In this document: positions 25,564 through 38,610 of the stretch, one piece after another
Layout: every line of letters begins with the position of its first letter
Numbering within the stretch: the stretch's first letter is position 1
Source of the DNA: Adineta vaga
Lineage: Eukaryota; Animalia; Rotifera
Assembly (NCBI GenBank): GCA_021613535.1
Contig: CP075497.1
Span: forward strand, 2,852,001-2,916,000
Direction of reading: 5' to 3'
DNA: 64,000 nucleotides
Made by a program: the position numbers and the translations under genes
Notes under the pieces: generated by a model
The model's input: the letters and a program-made list of their open reading frames with translations, nothing else
Database searches by the model: none
What the model was told of the DNA's origin: nothing

Positions 25564-27613
25564 CGATCACTTGTATACGCTTAGACTTTACTTGAAGCGT
25601 AGACATGTCTCATTAAATAGTAGAGGAAGTTTGTGCACCTGCCAGAAATATTTGTAGTCATAAGTAAATATTTCTTTCTGTTCTTGTTCTATTTCTATTA
25701 ATAATAGTAACAAGCTCGATCATGGATCAAAACTGTGAGTTAATTACACAAAACAGAACGTGTGTAAAAGAGAACGATATCAGTTTTAACAAGGTCGTTC
25801 AAAAAATCAACTATGATTTTTCTTTTTACTAGACTCGTCATCGACAATGATGGCGCATTTGTCTCGATACAGCTCGAGTTTCAAAAAGTATCCATAGAAG
25901 AAGAAGAAGAATACATCATTCTATGCGGCTTTTGCCTAGGTATAATATAATATGTCATCAATGTATTTAACGTATGACCTTCTTTCATTTTTTCCCTTAG
26001 TTACTCATCCCGAAATGATCAGTATCATTGTTTCATATAAATGGTCTCTCTTTAATTTAACATTGACCTTCAAACAAGCAGCTCATCATTCTCATTCATA
26101 TGTATCTTGAACCATATCCTATGATATCGGTCACTATCATTAATGTGCTTCAATAACTAATCAGTCAAGAGTGACATTTTAATCACACTTATTGAAGAAA
26201 AATGAAATCTTGACATATTAAATATCAATTGAATTTCTTTAAGAAGATTTTTTTTTCTTTTCAAAAAAGAATATTTTGTCATTTGGATACATTCGCTTAT
26301 CTTTTAACGCTTTCTTGTCCTCTATATTCCTATCTTTTTATCATTTAAAAAGACACAATAATTTCTTCTTCTTTTTTTTACTATTTACTATTGAATATTT
26401 CATCATTAAAACTTTTTCTTCTTCTTCTTAATATTCTTCAATGAAATTTCGAAAATTAACATTGATCTTGGATACTTAATAAGTACCTATCTGTTCCCAA
26501 TCATCATCCATTTTCCACGCGTCAGTGCACAGTAGGTCAATACTAATTTTCTCGGTCATTCAATGATGTCGCCCCACGCCTACTCATTTCTCTTCTCTTG
26601 CCTATCACTAAAATCATTGTATCATTTTTGAAAATTAAAAATTCAATCTGAGAATTTTTTTCAAATAAAATTATATCTCCGAATACATAGAAAAGAAAGA
26701 AGTTTATGCAATAACAATAACATCATCATCATCATCATCATCATCACTATTATCATCGCTATGCTTTCTTATGCAGAAGCACGCAATCGATTCAAAGCGC
26801 GATTATGTGCACGCCAAATGACATGTATAGATCATCATCACATTCGATATGTACACACGTTCTCGCTCTTTCGTTCACCATAAATCTCATTAAAAACGCG
26901 TGAGAACTGCTATATACATATATATATATATATGTATCAAGAAAAGGAAAAATAAAAGACGAATTATACAATAAACATATTCAATTTCTCTATATGTATA
27001 GATGTAAGTGCGAATAAAAGAAAAGAATAGGCCCATTAAGTACGTATCATAAATCTTCGGTTTACTCAGGTCATTAATATGAATATAAAACGAAGCAAAC
27101 TATCGTATTGATTAGACCCTGTGAACATGAAGACTCTACAAGTAACAATAGAAGCCTTCTTTTCTCGTTTCCTTCTATATAAAAAATACAAACGAAGACA
27201 TTCAAGTTTTAATCAACAAGAAAGTATATACATATATATATATGACATAACAAGCAAGATTCGATTACATATCCTTCTTCGAAAAGAGAACAATCGATCA
27301 GTAGTAATGATTAAAAACGTTTTTGGGCGTCTATGTTCACAAAAGATTAGAATTCACTTGTGACATGCCCTCTCTCCATATCATTATAAATGATTCTCAA
27401 AAGACAATTTCTTTTTTTAAGAATAAGACTTTTCGTTACTCCTGTATCATGTCAATTCCTATGCAAGAATGCGTCAATCATTTTTCATTATCAACTATAT
27501 TTTATATTAACAAGGCAAGTCAATCATTAATATGAAAGACAAAACTCATTCAAGCTGAACCAATTTCTATCCTATGTAAAAGTAACGAGATAAAAGACAA
27601 CGAAATAACTTAC

Positions 27614-29995
27614 ATTTTCTGTTTGATTTATTGATTGAGCAGGACTTCGTAAACGTGGAACAAGAACTGTTTGTTCGAGATCATGAGAAGCATTGCCTTG
27701 AAATGTATGAATTAATTTTGATACACCTGTTGAACTGCGTCGTTGATCAGTCTCACTTGTTAATAAACCATTGTTGGAAGTTTTTGATAAGGGTGGTGAT
27801 GGAGATTTTTTCTTCATTACGTTTGGTTCAACACGAATTTCAAGTGGTTCAATAATTGGTTTCTTATTAAATTCTGTAACATGTGGTGGAACAGGAGAAT
27901 GCTGTTGACTCTTTGATGGTGATTCTCTTGGTGATGTACGTTTAGGTGTGATTAAAGGAGGTGATGCACGCTTTTTCAATGTGTCATTACCATTTGTTGG
28001 ACTATTTTGTTGAGATCTAATTGGTGGTGATGAACGTTTAACTGTCGTCGTTGTTGTAGTTGTTGTTGAATCTAGTTTGAGGAAATAGAAAACAAATCAA
28101 AGAATATCAACTCTTCATTCATGTCGTTTACCATTATCTCGTTTATTACGTGTTGTATTTAATGTATTGGCTTTCTTTCCATTAGTAACGGTTGTTTGCT
28201 CTTCAATAATAGTAGATTCATCTTGCGATACTGGTTTATCTATTTTAAGTAAATTTTGTATCTGTTTTTTTAATGATGGTCGTTTGGATTTATTTTTTGA
28301 TGTATTTGTCGTTGTTGATGATACTTTCGAATCATTACTTGTTTGCGTATCGACACTTTCGGTAGTCGATACTGATAATGTTGGAGATATTTGTGAATCA
28401 CGTTTGCCTGATTGTTTTTGATCATGGATTGGTGCTGCTTTCTTTTGATGACCATTTTTTGTATTCTGTTTTTTAACTGTTGAATGATCGTTATTACTAG
28501 CAGCAGCTTCAAATACTTTAACACGATCAGTAACACGTTTTTCTTCAGGTATAACAACACCACTTGTTGGACTTGATTCACGTTGATGAGAATTTGTTTC
28601 ATTTATATTTGTTTCAAGTTGACGTGCAGCAGAAATTATCGATGATGTTGATGCAATTCCACTTGCACTACTTAAATCATCATCAAAATTTGTCTTATCA
28701 AGTTCTGTACCATTGTTGGTAACACTTGTAATTTCCGATGAAATACCACTATCAGCACCATTATTTAAATGATGTGATGATGCTGACGAGATGTGACTAT
28801 TCTCATCGGATTTATTACCATGATCATCGGATGATGATATTGCTGGTGTTTCAAATGCTGAAGCAGGATGACTTTCAATATTTGTTGGTGTTTCATAGAT
28901 ATGTTCATTTGGATTCGGTGGTGGCAGATGATGATGACCATTGGTTGTTGAAACGATTTCTTGTTCATGTTCATTACCTATTTTGAGTTTAAGAGATTTT
29001 GATGGTGAAGGTTTTCCATTTTCATGTTTAACACCGTTAGTATGATTATTAATTTCAATGGATGTTGGTTTAATCGTTGATGTTTCACTTGGACGTTTCT
29101 CGTCGAACATATTTGCTTGTGTACTTGTTAGACCAGTAACTAAAGCACTGATGGTAGAATGCGATTCTGTTTGTGGTTGCTTAGCTATGTTATTATTGTT
29201 ATGATTTTTGTTATTTGACGAACGACGTTCACGTTTTGTATTTACCTTGAAATGAAACAGATTCGATTAACAAAGCTCACTTTTGTTCATGAGAGAAAAG
29301 AAAATGAAAAAAAAATCAATCAATAAACAAAATATGAAGAGAAGAAATTCTCTCTTCTAATTCTTCTATTTCGTACTGATAGCCACTTATTTCTTTTTTT
29401 CGTTAATAATACACATCTAACACTGTCTGACTGACCATCTCTCGTCGCCTCCTATTCTCCTTCTCCTTCTTCTACTATGTCCTCGAGAAGCAGAAAAGAA
29501 AAAGAATGAGAGAACATTCTCTTTGTGCTCTTTATATATGTTAAATCTTTCATCAAATTGTACTAATGTATGTATGAATATGAGACACAGAGGGTGAGAA
29601 AAGAGAGAATAAGAGAATAGATTGTTCAAATATAAAAAAAGAATTCTGTAATTTTTCTTTTATATCAATGCTTGTGATTACGTGGAATAGGTTTACTTTT
29701 ATTCTCATTATCATTTCTAACGATAGAAAGAAATGTGAGTAATGATGACTGCAATTTCTATTTACATTCGTTTGTTGTTCAAGCAAATCGAATAGATGAG
29801 AAAAATGTTCTTCTTCTTCTAAAGAGACAAGTGTCGAAGACAACTAGTAGTGACAAATCTGCACTGGTCAATCTTCTCTCGAGACATGTATATGACAACA
29901 TTTATTTACGGATAAGTGAACAATTGAGAATAGTTAATTTGCTCATAAATTCAGAAGAAGAAAAAAAAATCACTTACCACTTTACTCTTATGCAT
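27614..29995 (-). CDS. S/T/P/N-rich disordered coding exons, probably the extended head of the intermediate filament gene
   Basis: Exons 29995-29978 (MHKSKV), ~29245-28132 and 28071-27614 splice in frame. The last ends at a phase-0 GTAAGT donor with no stop, compatible with the phase-0 acceptor at 22652. Confidence 0.7.
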
Positions 29996-31436
29996 ATTGC
30001 TTGATATGACGGTACTGATTTTTACTTGAATTTGTGATGACTATTTAAAATACAAAGAGAAAATAAAACTAGTATGTAAACATATATGTACATAATTTCA
30101 TTTTCTTTCTCCGTAAAATCATTCGATTAACCAGACGATCAAGAATTTAGACAAGAGAAAGTGTCGCTAAGCTTACATGTATACATATATGTATGCATGT
30201 AGACATGAATACAAAAGAAAAAAGGATAGTGAAACAAGATCGATCATCAAAAATGAAGAAATTAAACGAAATCTTTAAGTATTAATACGGCTTAAGAATC
30301 TTTTAAACATACAGCTTCAATTATGTCTTTCCCGATCTCATATTTTATACCAATGAATACTCCCTCTCACACATCAGTGAACAGCAAAAAAAAGATGAGG
30401 AGGAGAAACAGATTCGATGGACGATGACGATGAAAGATAGTTATTACCGGATGTATATAGGCGCTTTTCTTTTTGACTCGACATTCATTTTTTTTCCTCC
30501 TACGCCTTATCATTTTGAACGAATAGACAAGCAAAAGAGAGAGAAAACGATGACAGGTATGGTTTTCGTTATCTATTTAATATGTCGAAATATCATCTAT
30601 ATATATATTCGATTATACGAGACAAAAGCCGGATGATGAGAAAAGATATCGTTTCAATCATCTTGTATGAATTATAAAACAATGATAAATCTGTCAAAAA
30701 TATCGATTTTTAATTAGTTTCTTTTAACATGGATGTGAACAAGCACAACAATTATTTCATATGAAAACATTTCATTGAATATCATATATATATCTATATG
30801 CATATATTACGACTTTTTAATTGATGTTCATCATGTCGAGTTGATGATGACAAGAAGTTATTAGTACTTTTGTCTTGTTTTCTATTCATGTGTCATGTTA
30901 AGGTCAAATAATAGACATACAAATGAAGAATTTCAAATATAGACATTCCTTTACTGCAATGAGAGAACGTGTGTTCTCTATGTTCTATGGACAAAAGGAA
31001 TAAGAACAACAATAATCGAACAAATATGATTTTTCTTCTTCATTTGAATATTTCTTTTTTTCTTTTTATTTGACTACTGACCGTTGGTCAACAATTAGAC
31101 GAATGTTCTTTAATTGACTACAGTCGATGATCAATCTACTTTCACTCGAAATCATTCATCAGTTATTCGAGACAAGAGGAAGCCATTTTTTTTGAAAAGA
31201 AGAACACAAAGAAATGAATGTATATGGATATTTATACATACATATATTCTCATCTTTACCTTTCTCTTTCTCTCGCGTTCTCAAAAGTTTAAGTGCTATG
31301 ACGCGCCTATCACCTATAGTGATAATTTATTGCAAATTCATTTCAATCTTTTGTTTTCATTTCATCGACGTGTGTGGTGTCGTCAGTCGATATTTTTGTT
31401 ATTTTATCTGTCCCGTATGGTATATATACTTTGAAT

Positions 31437-32108
31437 ATGAAAAATAAAATATCTAATACAATTGAAATAAATCTAAGTGATCTTGAATCAATCATTCAAG
31501 AAATATGAAGACTTTGTCCCTGAAGACAAATATGCATGGTTTAAAAGTTTATCTTTATCTGTTTTCGTTTGTTTGATCATTTTTCCCATGGGTTTTATTG
31601 TTATTGGAATGATGCATAAGAATTCATGTCTAGCCAAAATTGATCTACCATTATTCTTAATTGGATTTGGTTTATTAATTCTAGTTAATCTCTTAATATG
31701 TTTTCTTATCGGATTAATATTTCTCACTTGTAATGACTTCTATTTCATCTGACAATATCACTCCGATATTTTCTAGTTACACGTCATACTCGATTATTTT
31801 CATTTGAAAGAGACAATCATTTTTTGATTGGAACACTAATTGGATTGAGTTTTGGTATTTCAATATTCATCTAGTGGATTATGGGAACTATGAGTTATTT
31901 TGAATGAAAAGAATATTCTTTATATTGACATTAAGTCTTCGATCAGAATTAAAACATCCGAACTTCTTTAGCCTTGTGTCATCCAATTGTCTATTGGACA
32001 GGTTTAATCGCAAATATCTTTGGTTTAATCGGCTTTATAATTCAAATTTGCATTGCAATTGACGATCGTATGACAGCAAGTAAACAATCATTGAAAAGTC
32101 GTCATTAA
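31437..32108 (+). pseudogene. Degenerate TMEM272-like four-TM membrane protein
   Basis: FPMGFIVIGMMHKNSCLAKIDLPLFLIGFG ... IFI*WIMGT ... PCHPIVYWTGL shows the family-like C-x(5)-P, WxxG and CxxxxY pattern. It carries a frameshift near the start and in-frame stops (e.g. TAG 31872-31874). Confidence 0.55.
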
Positions 32109-32204
32109 AATATGAGAAAAAAAAGAAAAGACATTCTTAACATTTATTTTGATTTATCTAATCCATTTTTCTTAATTATGCGCATATATTTATTCAAGAG
32201 GAAT

Positions 32205-33239
32205 TTAGTTTTTCAATAAATCAATTCGATAGGAATTAATACGTCCAATACCTTCAATCTTTAAATATTCATCATAAACATGTACAGTTGCAAACGCATT
32301 TGTATCTGCTTCACATTCAACAATTGCTTGTAATGTTATATGATGAATTCGTTTTTCATCATAATAATAACCACCTTCATGACAATGACCAGCAATATAT
32401 GCTAAAACAACATCATGAAATTCCCAGAAAAGATTCAATACTTCTTCATAATTCCATAAGAGAGCGACTTCATCACCTGCTGTTGGATGAATAGGAATGT
32501 GTCCTTGAAAAACAAAAAAAGAGACAGAATATCAATCAATCAATCTATCGACTATATAGCATTACCGAGTATGAGAACTTTATCATGATGATTTCGAGCA
32601 TTTATTAATTGATCATGTAACCAAGATAGTTGTTTATGTGCTAATCCACCATTTAATTGTATAAATCGTTGTTGATAACCATCTAATCCAGTTCTATCAC
32701 TGATACTTTCAGTGATTATGTTGTCTTAGCACTTTCAATGCTTGTTTATAACTTTCTGTATTTTCATCAATACCTAATAGACTTAAATCATATGTATCAA
32801 GTGCAATAAGTCTCAAATGAGATGAGATTTCAATTGTTCCATAATGATATGGTGAAATATCTTTTGTCGGAAATGAACATAATGAACTGTTTAATAACTC
32901 ATCTCGTGTAAAATTATAAAATTCATGATTTCCCCAAAGATGATAGACATGTGGTAACGCATCAAATCGTTTTAGAATCGTTTTCAAATCCTTTCCACTC
33001 GATTTATTCGCAAAACAATATCCATCGATAAGATCACCCAGTTGAACGACAAATGCAATCGGATATGTCGCATTTAACCAATACTGACAAGCTTGATCAA
33101 CTAATTCCAATGAATTTCTATAATGTCTTATGAAAGTTCTCGAATAATTCCATCGATCATCCACATCTGCATAATGAATATCTGTGATTAAACCAAACGA
33201 TACGATTGGTTTGTCATTTACGATGGCATTATTAGCCAT
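32205..33239 (-). CDS. ADPRM: Mn-dependent ADP-ribose/CDP-alcohol diphosphatase, with one frameshift at ~32711
   Basis: FGLITDIHYAD, RHYRNSL, QLGDLIDG and WGNHEFYNF, then in the +1 frame RFIQLNGG..KQLSWL, GHIPIHP, LLWNYEEVL, AGHCHEGGY and IEGIGRI. Confidence 0.88.
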
Positions 33240-33610
33240 CTAAAAATAACTCAATAATTTAATCATTCAAATTTATTTTATTGTATTCAAGAACAAAAAA
33301 AATACATAAATAATTTTATTTTCTTATAAAAAAAAGACTTTCTGTAACGATGCTTCAATGTACAAAACAAAACAGGAAAGAATCATTCGATAATATTTGG
33401 TTTAAGGGTTTCATTTTTGTTCAAGATAATTGACACATTCTTATGTGAATCAGTTTGATCGAATACACAGTAAAGAAAAAAAGAGAGATTCTATAGACAA
33501 AAAAAGCAAAAGAATACAAGCTCTAGAAAAAAACTAAAACACGAAAATTTGCTTTCAGAACGGCGAATTAAAAAATAATAATAAGAAAATATTTCTTTCA
33601 GATTTTTTGC

Positions 33611-36137
33611 TCACAGAAAAGGATTTGTTGTATGAAATGATTGTGTAGTTGCATTTGTATTATTAAATGATGAAGGTATTAATGGAGGTGGTAAAGTTGA
33701 ACCATTGGTTGTAAAAGGTATATTATTTGTTGTAGATAATTGTTCAAGTGTTGGAGGTCGATTGGTATTAGTAAATGGATTTTGTGTACGGTTTGCATTG
33801 GGACCGAATGGATTTGTACCTGAAGATGAAAACGAAATGAATGAAAGAAGAATTTAGATTTAATAAATTACTTTTTTGATCTGTAACTAATTGATCAAGA
33901 TTAACTAAATTAGTGAATTTGTCTCCCAGAAAACTTTCAGGTGTTTTACGAGACGTTGACAATAATGATGATGATGTTGGACTCGAACTAAGTGGATTCG
34001 GAGTATTTCCACTTGCTATTGATGGATAAAGTAAATTTCCGTTATTATTTACTGATGAATTCATATATAAAGGTGAAGTTGAACCTATATTAACAGATGG
34101 AGTTATATTCCAAGGATTCGATGATGTTTGTTGTTGTTGTTGTGGTGATTGATTATACGGTGATGATATAGCTAAAAGAGAATATTAGTTTTAAATGTTG
34201 ATAGATGAAAGAATTCAACGTACTAGCATTTGCTCCGAAGAAATCATTCAATTCATTTTCAACAGCTGTTGTAGCCACGGGTGGTGATATGGTTGGATTC
34301 GGTTGAGAATTTGTTGCAGATAGGCCCCAGGGATCTGATATACTAATTGAAAGACCTGTATTATTGTTATTAGTTGTCGTTGGACGACTATCATTCGTCC
34401 ATAACATAGATGGTGCGTTGGTTGTTGTGCTCGGTTGCCATGGATCATTGGATGTTTTTGGAGAAACAGAAGGATAGAGCGTTGATTCTAATGACCATGG
34501 ATCATCTATGAAAAAAATCGAAAGATAAAATCAAATGTTCTGTTTAAGATTTTGAAGAAATAAAATAAATTGAAGCAATGAAAAACTAATAATAATAATT
34601 AAAGAAATTAAATGGATTTATGTTTCCCAATAAATGGATTTTTACTGTTACTTAGTTTCTTATGTTGTTCTATAATTGTATTATAATATTTATCGGATGA
34701 ATCTAACAAATAACATGATGTTGTCGATGATAAATCTTTTGAGAATTACAAAAGAGAATTGATCAATTCATACATTCATATCTAAAGATGAAAAATCAGT
34801 TGAAATATTTCTTACTTGATGTCGTTGGATATCCAGGTTGAGTTGATGGTTGACTATTGCTTGTATCCCATCCTAAATTTGGTGTGGTTGTTATAGCTGG
34901 TAGATAGGGTGGTAACGATGTATTATAATAGGATGGATCTGGTTGAGAAGCATTTGTATTAAAATCAAATAACTAAAAATGATTTAAAGAATAAATAAAA
35001 TATAAATCCTTTTTTCTTTTATCTACTTGTGGATTGGTAGCATTAGGTGATGCTTCATTAACAGATCGTTCTAAAGCTATTTTCAGTTTCAAATCATCAT
35101 TTCGACGTCGACGTTCTTCATCTTCGGCCTAAAAGAAGCACACAATATATCAATTCATTTGTCTAAATCATACATACTTCACGCTGTGATTCTGCCATAG
35201 CAATTTGCATTTGTAATTGTTCTTCTTCTTGATTTGACGGTTGACCAAAATCTTTAGTAGTTGCTGTTGTTGTTGCTGCTGCTGCTGCTGCATGAAGTCT
35301 ATCATTATACGATGTTGAACGGTATTGATTTGTATTATGTCCTGATGGAAATGGTGCACTTCCATATGGATCATTGCCTTCTAAACTATTTCGTCGCACT
35401 GCTGGTGCTGTTGGTCGTCCATAAGTAATTGAACCATGAGAATCCATTCCCATCGCTTGCTTCACATAGCGTTCACGTGCTTCTTGTGCTTTTCGTCGTT
35501 CATTACGTAGACGTTCATCATCTTTGAGTAAAGCAACAAGTTGTTTCGCTTTTTCTCGTACATTATAACCTTGATCTTTTTGATCTTCGACATACTGAAA
35601 ATCTTTTAATGTTTGAATTGCAAATATATTCTCTTTACATTGTTGACTAACACGTTCATTCCCATATTTAATCAAATGATCAAGTAAAACAAGTGATTTA
35701 TAAACATGACGCCAATTTTTTCCATGATCATTCAAACGTTTCCAAACAACTACAGAAAATTAAAAAAAAGTAATCAATTTTCTTTAAATAGCTCTTTCAA
35801 TCCTTAATCTTCTTTCGTTTCCACAACAACTAAATCTTTTTTTATTAATAAGTAGACAAAAATGTCATATCTTCTCTGTGAATACAACAAAAAAAGCTAA
35901 GTAAATGTCATCTTTGGTTGTCTTTTCTATTAACCAATCAATAAAGAAATCTCAATTTGAATTTTATTATTTACTTGGCATAATTTCTGCATAAGCAACC
36001 ATATTATCTGTTAAATCAGCTATCTCATGCATAAGTGATGGTGATGGTCCCCAAGCGTCATTGGATGTCGCCGATCGTACTTTTCGTTGTGCATCGGTAT
36101 AGTTATAGATAACATTTCGAACACCTCGTGCAAGCAT
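33611..36137 (-). CDS. EPN: Epsin (ENTH domain, 2 UIMs, DPW and NPF motifs)
   Basis: NVIYNYTDAQRKVRSATSNDAWGP, WKRLNDHGKNWRHVYKSL, UIMs EEEQLQMQIAMAESQ and DDLKLKIALERS, several DPW motifs, TPESFLG..LVNLDQL and a terminal TNPFL*. Confidence 0.95.
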
Positions 36138-36365
36138 CGAATACGAATGAAATTTGAATTGAAGAAGATTTGTTTACTAATCGAAAAGAAAAACAAGTCG
36201 AATGAATATTTCTAAAACAGAACAAAAACAAGAATGTAACTTTGAATCTATTTTGAGATTGACCAAGACAAAGAAGAAAGAATAAGATAGACGAATGATA
36301 AATGAAAAGACAAAAATAATAACCGACAGAAAACTATTGGAATGAAATAAAAAAACAAAATGTGT

Positions 36366-37136
36366 TCAAACAAGTTTTTTCGCTTCGAAAAATCCTTTCA
36401 AATGTCGCATTTGCCAAAATCCAGCAATTACAAGAACTAATAATTGGGCAATTGACCACCATAAAACACGTTGATTGGTTGATTCACTTGTAGCACGAAA
36501 ACGTTCTTCACGATATCGTTGATAACTCTGTTCTTTGCTTCTATAAAAATCAAAAAATGGACATGAAACAAATCATCATTCGATCTATCTATCGAATTCT
36601 TACATTTGTTCAACTTGATCAATCAATTGTCGGACACGTAATTGAAGTTCAGTTAATTTTTCTTTTGCACTGATTTGTTGATAATCAACTGCATGTTCAC
36701 CAATATCAATATCAAGATGTACACGCTAAAAATGAACACAAAATATTCATCAATCCAAGAAAATAATTCTTCCTACTAATTGTTGTCCACCAAACCAAGC
36801 TGTCGAATTTGAATATAAACAAATGACATGTTCACCTGGTGTATGTGATGTAAATGTAAATCGTCCTTCGCTTGTATATAATTTCGATAGAATGATCTTC
36901 TCATCAGGATCTTTTACTTCAACATGCATACCAATTCCAGGTGTTGATGGTAAATATGTATTTGATGCTGCATCGAATAATTCAACTTTATATTTTCCAA
37001 TAACTAATGTTTGATCAGGAATTTCTTCAATAAAACATTTTCGTTCAGTTTCACGTATATGAAAATAGAGTGCCTGTGTTGTGAAAATCAGTTGTAGAAC
37101 AATAAAGACGAGAAAATGGAATGAGTGATTTCCCAT
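36366..37136 (-). CDS. TMED9: p24/TMED alpha-subfamily cargo receptor (TMED9/TMED4-like)
   Basis: Signal peptide, [35 protein letters not shown], coiled coil, a TM segment and C-terminal FFEAKKLV*; three exons. Confidence 0.93.
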
Positions 37137-37487
37137 GTTTATATCTGAAAAACAATGGTCGATATTTTATTGATTTTCTCTTCCGAGACAAGAAGAAACA
37201 ACGGCAGATGATGATTACTGTTATTATTAATAATAAAAAAAACTACGTCTTGCTGCGTGTACGGTTATAAAACTGTAACCAATCAGAATACAGAAACGTA
37301 TCATCTGCATTAATGTTGAAATGTACTTCATGTTTAATGGAGGCCCAGAACTTGTCAATATGGACTGATCCAGAATATATTTTATGGATACAAAAGTTTT
37401 TTTCTCGACTAAAATCGATGATGGAAAATATTTATTTTTGAAAAAACAACGTAAAGATTTTCTTCATTTTCAGATTGATCATAATCA

Positions 37488-38610
37488 ATGGCCATCGGCA
37501 AGAACAAACGCTTAACTAAAGGTGGAAAAAAGGGTGGCAAAAAGAAAGTGTATGTTGATCATAAATTCTCCTCGAATATTTTGTACTTAAGATTCATTTA
37601 GTGCCGATCCATTTTCAAAAAAAGATTGGTATGACATCAAAGCACCAGCTAATTTTGATGTACGAACTATTGGTCGAACACTCGTCACACGAACAACAGG
37701 CACAAGTAATTGAACGAGATATTTCTTCAATGCGAATTTCATGTCGACTTTTTTCATTGCATAGAAATCGCTTCGGATGCTTTGAAAGGTCGTGTATTTG
37801 AAGCATCACTTGGTGATTTAAACAAACTTGACGATGAAGACAGTTATCGAAAATTTCGATTCATCTGTGAAGATGTTCAAGGCCGTCATTGTTTAACCAA
37901 CTTTCATGGAATGAACATCACCACCGATCGTCTTCGTATGTTAGTCAAAAAATGGCAGGTAAATTGAAATATAAAACGAGAAGCTGTTTTTCCATGAACA
38001 ATTTGTTTAGACATTAATCGAAGCACAAGCTGATATTCGTACATCTGATGGATATCTATTACGTGTATTTTGCATTGGTTTTACAATGAAAATGCGTGGT
38101 CAAATCAGAAAAACTTGCTATGCTCAACATACACAAGTTTGTTTTTGATATCTTTGGAAATGAAATCAATCATTATCGAATGTATTCATATCGTTTAGAT
38201 TAAAGCTATCCGTAAGAAAATGGTTGAAATCATGACACGCGATATTGCTGGTAGTGAACTTAAAGAAGTTGTCAACAAACTGTATGTCTTCTTGTTTGTT
38301 GTCAATAAAAAAGTAATCGTTGAATCTTTATTTCAGTATACCAAATAGTATCGGTTCAGAAATCGAAAAAGCTTGTCGTGGTATTTATCCATTACAAAAC
38401 GTCAACATTCGAAAAGTCAAAGTAATTAAAAAACCGAAATTCGATGGTAAGAATTCAAATTATATCAAACATAAATAAAATCATTGTGTTTTAGTTGCAC
38501 GTCTTATGGAAATGCATGGTGAAAGTTATAGCAGTGTAACCGTCGATGATAAAGGTCAACGTGTTGAACGAGCAGATGGTTATGAACCACCAGTGCAAAG
38601 TTCTGTTTAA
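37488..38610 (+). CDS. RPS3A: 40S ribosomal protein S3a (eS1)
   Basis: [68 protein letters not shown]; seven exons. Confidence 0.97.

Noticed and set aside
25393-25657. Repeat-containing ORFs or a CRISPR-like array
   Set aside because: Explained by one 51-bp duplication with no spacers, in eukaryotic DNA.
37488-38610. Intronic snoRNAs in RPS3A
   Set aside because: Introns are ~50-60 nt, too short, and no C/D box pair is seen.
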